A DNA stretch of 64,000 nucleotides from Oscillospiraceae bacterium (GTDB lineage: Bacteria > Bacillota > Clostridia > Oscillospirales > Ruminococcaceae), in assembly GCA_017560985.1 (NCBI GenBank), contig JAFZDX010000085.1:30857-94856 (forward strand). Direction: 5' to 3'. Positions 57,187 through 64,000 of this stretch are shown in pieces. Both the position numbers and the translations under genes were made by a program. Each line of letters begins with the position of its first letter. Position 1 is the stretch's first letter. The notes beneath the pieces were generated by a model. That model had not been told where the DNA came from. It saw only the letters and a list, made by a program, of their open reading frames with translations, and did not search any database.

Positions 57187-58428
57187 ATGGATAATCAGAC
57201 AACTGAAAGACGTCCAACCAGACGTAAAAAGAAAAACTGGCTACCATTTATCGCGTTGTTTCTATGTGGATATGTGTTTGTACAGATATATCTTATGAAT
57301 GCAAATGGAGTGGATACCGTAAAAGCCCAGGAAGGATACATCAATGATAGCATTATTTCCCAGGGTATAGTATGCAGGGAAGAAAATGTGCTGGTTCAAA
57401 ACACGGGCGGGGTGGTAGATTATCTTACCGAAAATGGTGAAAGAGTTTCCAAAGGAAATATAATTGCAATGGCATATCCTGCTTATTCTGATATTGAAAA
57501 ATTGATAAAACTGCGATTTACACAGCATAATCTGGATGAAGTAAATACAGCTGGAAACTACATAGATGGCGGCATTCTGGATATGTCACAAACCAGAAAA
57601 CAGCTGACAAACCAGCTATCAACTATTGCAGCACATTCGCAAAAAGATGATTATATTTCAGTTATTGAAGATGTTAACCGGCTTACATTCAGTTTGAATA
57701 AAATCAGTGTCGCAACAGGTAGAACCACCGATTTTTCACAGGCTGTTACACAGCTTGAAAGTGAAATTAATGGATTAAAATCTGGTGTTTCACAACCGCT
57801 TGCTACATTCAGTTCTCCATATGCAGGGTATTTTATCCAGTCAACTGACGGGTATGAAACAATCGCTACAGTTGAAAATTTCCTGTCATATACATATGAA
57901 CAAGGGAGCGAAATAATAAATTCACAGACTTTGTATCAACCAGCTGTAAACGAATACGGAAAAATTATCACAGACTATAAATGGAGTCTTTGCACATATG
58001 TTGACAAAGCTCTTACTGAAAATATATATAAAGGACGAACCCTTAATATATCTATTGATATAAACAGCAATGTGTTCAATAAGGCTGTTGTAAAAGAAGT
58101 TGTAGAATTAGGAGATAAAGCATTGGTGATTCTGGAGTGTACAGTGATGGACAAAACCGCCGCTGCCGCCAGGGTTACAGACTGTGAAATATTATTCAAA
58201 CAGTATAATGGTATCAAAATACCAAAGTCTGCAATTCACTTTATTGACGGGCAGATGGGTGTATATGTCAATTTTTCAAATGTGGTTTATTTCAAAAAGA
58301 TTACTCCTGTTTTTGAAGATGATAACTATATCATTGTTCCAAAAACAACGGATGAAAATAATGAAGTTAAACTTTACGACTCAATAATTGTGAAAGGACG
58401 TAATTTGTACGATGGAAAATATTTATAA
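57187..58428 (+). CDS. membrane-anchored HlyD/biotin-lipoyl-like barrel-sandwich domain protein
   Basis: Basic N-terminus plus one TM, then a GYINDSIISQGIVCREE...VSKGNIIA hybrid-barrel motif and a coiled-coil centre. Confidence 0.55.
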   Translation: MDNQTTERRPTRRKKKNWLPFIALFLCGYVFVQIYLMNANGVDTVKAQEGYINDSIISQGIVCREENVLVQNTGGVVDYLTENGERVSKGNIIAMAYPAYSDIEKLIKLRFTQHNLDEVNTAGNYIDGGILDMSQTRKQLTNQLSTIAAHSQKDDYISVIEDVNRLTFSLNKISVATGRTTDFSQAVTQLESEINGLKSGVSQPLATFSSPYAGYFIQSTDGYETIATVENFLSYTYEQGSEIINSQTLYQPAVNEYGKIITDYKWSLCTYVDKALTENIYKGRTLNISIDINSNVFNKAVVKEVVELGDKALVILECTVMDKTAAAARVTDCEILFKQYNGIKIPKSAIHFIDGQMGVYVNFSNVVYFKKITPVFEDDNYIIVPKTTDENNEVKLYDSIIVKGRNLYDGKYL

Positions 58429-59122
58429 TTATGTAGCGGAAAACGTAAAAAGAGTTCAGGATGAAATCAACGAAGTTTGTGTCAAATATGGCCGCAACCC
58501 TGAAGATGTTGTTTTAATGGGTGTATCAAAGACACAACCTGTTGAAAAACTGGAAGTTGCTTACAATGCAGGCATAAAATTATTTGGTGAAAACAGAGTA
58601 CAGGAACTTGTGCAGAAAGCTGATTTTTTCCAGACCCATAATGTTCCTTGTCACATTATCGGTACTCTTCAGACAAATAAAGTTAAATACCTGCCTTCTT
58701 TGACAGATACAATCCAGAGTGTAAACAGTCTGAAACTTGCAAATGAAATTGAAAAACAATACGGTAAAGCAGGTAAAAAAGCTAATATCTGTCTGGAAAT
58801 CAACATTGGCGATGAAGACAGCAAAAGCGGTATCCCTTATAGCCAGGCCATGGAAATGGTGCATCAGCTTTCAGAATATAAAAACCTTACTGTAAAAGGT
58901 CTTATGTGTATTCCACCTATAGACAACTCAGAGGAAGTAAGAAAGTATTTCAGCCAGATGCACAAATTATTTGTTGACATATCAGGTAAAAAATTGGATA
59001 ATATAGATATGTGTATACTGTCTATGGGTATGTCTGGTGACTATCCATGGGCTATAGCCGAAGGCAGCACTCTGGTACGTGTTGGCACAGGCATATTTGG
59101 CGCAAGAAATTATAATGTTTAA
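58412..59122 (+). CDS. yggS: YggS/YlmE-family PLP-binding protein
   Basis: LMGVSKTQP (PLP Lys), HIIGTLQTNK, LSMGMSGDY motifs. Confidence 0.9.
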   Translation: MENIYNYVAENVKRVQDEINEVCVKYGRNPEDVVLMGVSKTQPVEKLEVAYNAGIKLFGENRVQELVQKADFFQTHNVPCHIIGTLQTNKVKYLPSLTDTIQSVNSLKLANEIEKQYGKAGKKANICLEINIGDEDSKSGIPYSQAMEMVHQLSEYKNLTVKGLMCIPPIDNSEEVRKYFSQMHKLFVDISGKKLDNIDMCILSMGMSGDYPWAIAEGSTLVRVGTGIFGARNYNV

Positions 59123-59138
59123 TATAAAGGAGCTTATT

Positions 59139-59618
59139 ATGGGTATTTTTGATAAAGTTAAAGGCGCATTCGGTATTGATGACGAAGAATTTGACGATGA
59201 TGAAATGATGGACGAAGTTGACGAAGAAGAAGTTGCAGTTCCAGAAAATACATACAAAGCAGATTTCACACAGAATGTGACACCAACTTCAGCACCTGTT
59301 ACAGTTAAAAAAGAAAGAAATGTTTCTCTTTCATCTCTGCCACAGCTTCAGGTAGTTCTTGTTAAACCAGAAAGATTTGAAGAAGCAAGTGATATTGCTG
59401 ACAGTCTGAATGCTAAAAAGACAGTTGTTCTCAATCTTGAATCTGCAAGTAAAGAAGTTGCAAGACGTCTTGTTGACTTCCTGTCTGGTGTTGCATATGC
59501 AAACCAGGGCAATGTTCAGAAAATTGCAAACTCCACATTCCTTATCACTCCATACAATGTAGACATTTCCGGTATCGGTCTGCTGGATGATATTGATACA
59601 CAGGGAGCTTTGTATTAA
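59139..59618 (+). CDS. sepF: cell division protein SepF
   Basis: MGIFDKVKGAFG N-terminal membrane-targeting helix, acidic linker, conserved C-terminal domain (VVLVKPERFEEA...VVLNLE). aaaggag precedes the ATG at 59139. Confidence 0.9.
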   Translation: MGIFDKVKGAFGIDDEEFDDDEMMDEVDEEEVAVPENTYKADFTQNVTPTSAPVTVKKERNVSLSSLPQLQVVLVKPERFEEASDIADSLNAKKTVVLNLESASKEVARRLVDFLSGVAYANQGNVQKIANSTFLITPYNVDISGIGLLDDIDTQGALY

Positions 59619-60389
59619 TTGAGAGGTTTTATTCCGCCACAAAACCAGGATGAAACTGTGTTTTGTAAAAAAGCATATTCTATATGTGAAAAGACTGATA
59701 AAATGCATATAAAGTCATTTTCAACTTTTTTGGATTTAAGACAAAAAGAATTGTTTATATCCCAGTTCAATAAATTCAATGGGCTGAAAATAGATTTTTA
59801 TGCTGGCATAGATGGCGACTCAGAGCGCCTTATTGCCTGTGTCTTTGATGAATATGATGAAGTTTTTCAGTATGATTATCCTATAAGCATACTGAAAAGC
59901 GAAATAAATGGTGATGATAAACTTAATCATCGTGATTTTCTTGGTGCTATAATGAACCTTATGATAAAAAGGGAATATATAGGTGATATTATTGTAGAAG
60001 ATGATGTCTGCTATATTGCTTGCCATAATCAGATGGCACCTATTATAATCAGTGAACTCAAGAAGGTTCGTCATAGTTTTGTGGATTTTGAATATTATTA
60101 TGACCCTGTTATTTATTCAAGGAAATATACCCGGCATAAAAGTGTTACAGTTGCATCAATGAGAGCAGATGCTGTTATCAGTGCTATGCTTAATTGCAGC
60201 CGTAATGAAGGGTCCACTATGATAAAACAAGGCCTGGTAACTGTAAATCATCTTGATGTCAAACGAGCAGATTTCGAAATCGTAGACAAAGATATTATCA
60301 GTATAAGAGGCAAAGGGAAATATATGATTTCCTTTGACGGTGCAAAAAGCCGTAAAGACAGATTTTTTATAACTTATTTTAAATATTAG
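59619..60389 (+). CDS. ylmH: YlmH-like S4-domain RNA-binding protein
   Basis: FLDLRQKE N-terminal motif, C-terminal S4 domain, position between sepF and divIVA. The start (TTG 59619 or GTG 59658) is uncertain. Confidence 0.75.
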   Translation: MRGFIPPQNQDETVFCKKAYSICEKTDKMHIKSFSTFLDLRQKELFISQFNKFNGLKIDFYAGIDGDSERLIACVFDEYDEVFQYDYPISILKSEINGDDKLNHRDFLGAIMNLMIKREYIGDIIVEDDVCYIACHNQMAPIIISELKKVRHSFVDFEYYYDPVIYSRKYTRHKSVTVASMRADAVISAMLNCSRNEGSTMIKQGLVTVNHLDVKRADFEIVDKDIISIRGKGKYMISFDGAKSRKDRFFITYFKY

Positions 60390-60400
60390 GGGGCATTTAT

Positions 60401-61000
60401 ATGTTTACAGCAGATGAAATTCGCCAGATTACTTTTGAAAAAACTATGCGCGGTTACAGACCTGAAGACGTAGAATCTTTCATGGAAAATATTGCAGATG
60501 AATTCGAAGCTCTGGAAAAAGAAAAAAGAGACCTGGAAGAAAAACTTTATCTTCTTGCTGAAAAAGTAGAACAGTATAAAGCTGAAGAAGAAAGCATTAA
60601 AACAACTCTTATCAATGCACAGAGACTGGGCGAAAGTATAGTTTCAGATGCACGTGTAAAAGCTGACAATGTTATCAGAGAAGCAACTATCAAGAAAAAT
60701 GATATTATTTCTTCTGCATATAATGAAATTGAAGGTACAGAAGAAATTCTTAACAGACTTAGAAAAGAAGTAAGTGATTTCAAACGCAACATACTCAGCC
60801 TTTACAAAACACATATTGAATCACTGAGCACACTTCCAGATGATAAGGCAGAAGAACAGCCTGAAGAAATTGTTGAAGAAGCACCTGCACAGGAAGAGTC
60901 AGTGGTAGAAGAAGCAGTACAGGAAACCGTGGTTATTGAAGAACCAGTTGTTCTGGAAGACAAATTCAAAAGCGTTTCTTCTCTTTTTAACGAAGAATAA
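60401..61000 (+). CDS. divIVA: DivIVA-domain protein
   Basis: FTADEIRQITFEKTMRGYRPEDV N-terminus, coiled coil, acidic tail. Confidence 0.9.
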   Translation: MFTADEIRQITFEKTMRGYRPEDVESFMENIADEFEALEKEKRDLEEKLYLLAEKVEQYKAEEESIKTTLINAQRLGESIVSDARVKADNVIREATIKKNDIISSAYNEIEGTEEILNRLRKEVSDFKRNILSLYKTHIESLSTLPDDKAEEQPEEIVEEAPAQEESVVEEAVQETVVIEEPVVLEDKFKSVSSLFNEE

Positions 61001-61004
61001 TTAA

Positions 61005-61038
61005 AAAGGATTGGCGCTTGTCGTCAATCCTTTATTTA
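61005..61038 (+). terminator. hairpin terminator after divIVA
   Basis: aaaggattg ... caatccttt stem followed by tttattt. Confidence 0.55.
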
Positions 61039-61050
61039 TAGGAGTTAGAT

Positions 61051-61509
61051 TTGATAAGCAGTATTATTTTTACAGCTGTTCTTATTGTAATAGACAGACT
61101 CAGCAAAATTCTGGCCGCAAAATATCTTGTAGGCAAAGGCACAGTTGTAGTCATACCATATGTACTTGGTTTACAATATCTGGAAAATACAGGTATGGCA
61201 TTCAGTATGCTCAGTGGCAAGACGGTTTTTCTTGCAGTAGTTACATCGCTGGCATTGGTTGTTATGGCATATTTTTTGTTTTACAAAAGAATTGGTCGGC
61301 CGTTTGAGCGATTTTGCTTTATTCTTATTTTTGCCGGTGGAGTAGGCAACCTTATAGACAGAGTTTTCCAAGGGTATGTAATAGACTATTTTGAATTCCT
61401 GTTTATGAATTTTGCTATTTTCAATGTAGCTGACGTATATGTGTGTATGGGTGTAGGTCTGTATGCACTGTATGTTGTTTATACCGAATATATCAAAAAG
61501 GAAAAATAA
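61051..61509 (+). CDS. lspA: lipoprotein signal peptidase II
   Basis: 152 aa, 4 TM, NTGMAFS and IFNVAD motifs. TTG start lies 5 nt after aggag. Confidence 0.9.
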   Translation: MISSIIFTAVLIVIDRLSKILAAKYLVGKGTVVVIPYVLGLQYLENTGMAFSMLSGKTVFLAVVTSLALVVMAYFLFYKRIGRPFERFCFILIFAGGVGNLIDRVFQGYVIDYFEFLFMNFAIFNVADVYVCMGVGLYALYVVYTEYIKKEK

Positions 61510-61511
61510 TT

Positions 61512-62426
61512 GTGGAACATATTTTATTGACAGCTACAGCTGATGATATTGGTAAAAGACTGGACCGGTATATTTCCCGGAATACAGAATATTCCAGGAA
61601 TTCGGTACAGATTTTATTGGATAATGGTGATATTTCTGTTAATGATAAAGCCGTTAATAAAAGTTATAAAATAAAACCAGGGGACAATATCAGCATAACT
61701 GTTCATCCACCAAAGGAAACAGCTATCATTGCAGAAGACATACCACTGGATATTTACTATGAAGATAGTCACCTTCTTGTAGTAAACAAACCTAAAGGTA
61801 TGGTTGTACATCCTGCAAATGGCAACGAAGATGGCACATTGGTAAATGCACTTATGTACCATTGCAAAGATAGCCTTTCTGGTATCAATGGTGAAATACG
61901 CCCGGGTATTGTACACAGAATAGATAAGGATACTTCCGGTTTGCTGGTGGTAGCAAAAAATGACTTTGCACACGAACATCTTGCACGGCAATTCAAAGAA
62001 CATTCAATAAACCGCGTTTACAATGCCATTGTTTATGGTAATGTAAAAAATGATGAAGGGGATATTGACGCTCCTATCGGCAGACATAAAACAGACAGAA
62101 AAAAATTCTGTGTTACTAATCAGAATTCCAAGAATGCCTTTACTCATTACAAAGTGCTGGAAAGATTGAATGGATACACATTGATAGAAGCAAAGCTTAA
62201 AACTGGTCGTACACATCAGATCAGAGTTCATATGCAGAGTATTGGTCATCCACTGGCCGGTGACCCTGTATACGGACCTAAGAATATTATCAAAGAACTT
62301 GATGGACAGGCTCTTCATGCAGGTGTTATAGGTTTTATACACCCTGCAACCAATGAATATATGGAGTTTTCTTCTCCTTGGTGTGAGCAGTTTACAAAAT
62401 TTTACAACAAAACAAGATTTAAATAA
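61512..62426 (+). CDS. rluD: 23S rRNA pseudouridine synthase RluD
   Basis: S4 domain, HRIDKDTSGLLVVAK, TGRTHQIRVH. GTG at 61512, just after the lspA stop, is preferred to the overlapping 61443 start. Confidence 0.9.
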   Translation: MEHILLTATADDIGKRLDRYISRNTEYSRNSVQILLDNGDISVNDKAVNKSYKIKPGDNISITVHPPKETAIIAEDIPLDIYYEDSHLLVVNKPKGMVVHPANGNEDGTLVNALMYHCKDSLSGINGEIRPGIVHRIDKDTSGLLVVAKNDFAHEHLARQFKEHSINRVYNAIVYGNVKNDEGDIDAPIGRHKTDRKKFCVTNQNSKNAFTHYKVLERLNGYTLIEAKLKTGRTHQIRVHMQSIGHPLAGDPVYGPKNIIKELDGQALHAGVIGFIHPATNEYMEFSSPWCEQFTKFYNKTRFK

Positions 62427-62428
62427 TT

Positions 62429-63247
62429 ATGGGCAAAAAAATCAGCGAAATAATAGTTATCAGTGATTTGGATAACACTTTGCTTACGGCAAAGGAAGGT
62501 ATACCAGAATATAATATAGAAATGATTGAAAAATTTCAGCAGATGGGCGGTAAGTTTACTGTAGCAACTGGCAGAAGTGTAGAATCTGTCAGCCGTTATC
62601 TCGGACAGATTTCACTTAATGCACCTGCTATTACTTACAACGGCGGTGTAATTTATGATTTTGAGACAGGTAATGTGCTTTATCGTGCTGCTCTTCCTGA
62701 AATTGCAAAAGATATCCTTAAATTGCTTATGGAAGAATTTCCGGATGTAGGTTGTGAAATTATGTGCGATAATTTCAGAACATATCTGATTACAGAAAAT
62801 GATTATACATATTGGCATCTTACAGATGAAAAGTTAAGCTATATCGACACAGAGGTGTCACAGATACAGAATAACTGGATAAAGGTGTTGTTTGCAGACA
62901 AAAATGAAACACTGTTGAAAATGAAAAAATTCTGTGAAGAAAATATTCATTGTGACGAAATAGAATTTGTAATGACAAATACTATTTATTTTGAAATGAT
63001 GCCAAAAAATATTACAAAAGGCAAGGCTCTAAAGACCTTGTGTGACTTGACTAATTTGTCAATAAACAATACAATAGCAGTAGGGGATTACTACAATGAT
63101 GTTGAGATTTTACAGAATGCAGGTCTCAGCGTATGTGTAGATAATGCACCGGATGAAATTAAGGAATTATGCCATATAACTGTACCTGCCTGTATTGAAG
63201 GCGGTGTAGGGCATTTATTGGCTCAAATAATAAATTCATATATTTAG
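62429..63247 (+). CDS. Cof-type HAD-IIB hydrolase
   Basis: ISDLDNTLL motif I, TGRS, GDYYNDVEIL motif IV. Confidence 0.85.
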   Translation: MGKKISEIIVISDLDNTLLTAKEGIPEYNIEMIEKFQQMGGKFTVATGRSVESVSRYLGQISLNAPAITYNGGVIYDFETGNVLYRAALPEIAKDILKLLMEEFPDVGCEIMCDNFRTYLITENDYTYWHLTDEKLSYIDTEVSQIQNNWIKVLFADKNETLLKMKKFCEENIHCDEIEFVMTNTIYFEMMPKNITKGKALKTLCDLTNLSINNTIAVGDYYNDVEILQNAGLSVCVDNAPDEIKELCHITVPACIEGGVGHLLAQIINSYI

Positions 63248-63256
63248 GAGGACAAT

Positions 63257-64000
63257 ATGGACGCAAAAATTAAACTTGCGCTTGAAAAAGTAGCAGTAGA
63301 AGTTAGAAAAGACATTGTTACTGCTGTTCACAGCGCAAAAAGCGGACACCCGGGTGGTTCTCTGTCTCTGACAGATACACTTACTTATCTTTATTTTTAC
63401 AAAATGAATGTGGATCCTAAAAACCCACAGGACCCAGACAGAGACAGATTTGTTCTCTCCAAAGGTCATACTGCACCAGCACTTTATTCAGTTCTTGCTG
63501 AAAAAGGTTATTTCGACAAAGCTGAACTGCTGAAACTGCGTAAAACAGGCGCACTGCTTCAGGGACATCCTGATATGAAACATATCCCAGGTGTTGATAT
63601 GACAACAGGTTCTCTGGGCCAGGGTATCTCCACAGCAGTTGGTATGGCTCTTGGTGGCAAAATCAGCGGTAAATCTTTCACAGTTTATGCAGCACTTGGC
63701 GATGGCGAAATCCAGGAAGGTCAGGTTTGGGAAGCTGCAATGGCTGCTGCACACTACAAACTGGATAATCTGGTTGCTGTTGTTGACAACAACGGCCTTC
63801 AGATTGATGGTAATGTTGCTGACGTTATGTCTCCATACCCAATTACAGATAAATTTGAAGCATTCGGTTGGAATGTTGTAACAGCAGATGCACATGATTT
63901 TGATTCTATCCACGCTGCATTTGAAAAAACAAACGAAAAGAATGGCAAACCTTGGGTTATTGTACAGAAATCTGTAAAAGGTAAAGGCGTTTCATTTATG
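63257..64000 (+). CDS. transketolase, N-terminal subunit (3' end outside the window)
   Basis: Absent from the ORF track because there is no stop in the window. aggagg precedes ATG 63257. [25 protein letters not shown] and [13 protein letters not shown] (ThDP motif) are present. Confidence 0.92.
   Translation, partial: MDAKIKLALEKVAVEVRKDIVTAVHSAKSGHPGGSLSLTDTLTYLYFYKMNVDPKNPQDPDRDRFVLSKGHTAPALYSVLAEKGYFDKAELLKLRKTGALLQGHPDMKHIPGVDMTTGSLGQGISTAVGMALGGKISGKSFTVYAALGDGEIQEGQVWEAAMAAAHYKLDNLVAVVDNNGLQIDGNVADVMSPYPITDKFEAFGWNVVTADAHDFDSIHAAFEKTNEKNGKPWVIVQKSVKGKGVSFM

Noticed and set aside
1-64000. CRISPR arrays, IS elements/transposases, rRNA operons
   Set aside because: I saw no spaced 25-40-nt repeat series, no DDE/transposase-like ORF and no rRNA-like sequence. 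The only repeats seen are the short 11-12-nt ones reported above.

Overview
This is a chromosomal segment from a low-GC Firmicute, probably a Clostridia or Oscillospiraceae-like organism. I infer that only from gene order and codon usage, not from any search. About 60 protein genes, one tmRNA and one tRNA-Leu(UAA) are supported.

The core blocks follow classical Firmicute synteny:
- alaS(3' part)-HIT-comEC-holA-rnmV
- trkH-trkA
- glf
- smpB-ssrA
- glmM-LbH acetyltransferase-nagB
- udp-cdd, convergent with two nucleoside hydrolases
- crp-like/trxA
- radC-uvrB-uvrA-miaB-ymcA(ricA)-mutS-mutL-miaA
- HlyD-like-yggS-sepF-ylmH-divIVA-lspA-rluD-cof-tkt(N)

I saw no rRNA, no CRISPR array, no transposase and no intact prophage.

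Leads worth a second look:
1. A tightly packed array of nine small immunity-like ORFs (24.8-28.8 kb; SUKH/SMI1-KNR4 and DUF4241-like members) with no toxin or secretion gene anywhere in the window.
2. A decayed integrative element at the tmRNA 3' end, with a frameshifted tyrosine-integrase 3' remnant and a fragment of a polyvalent-protein-like gene.
3. An end-to-end fusion of an XRE-type HTH domain to phosphoglucosamine mutase, with a perfect 7-3-7 palindrome in its leader.
4. An RNase M5-HAD hydrolase fusion.
5. miaA split by a single in-frame TAA, while its downstream partner miaB is intact.
6. Two tandem pairs of divergent nucleoside hydrolases with mirrored gene order.
7. An uncharacterised transporter plus two paralogous amidohydrolases that use high-expression-type codons. 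They sit behind a ~280-nt leader containing a 47-codon TTG-start micro-ORF and a weak hairpin.
8. A ComEC whose C-terminal metallo-beta-lactamase nuclease motifs appear degenerate.

All family assignments come from motif recognition by eye. No database search was run.
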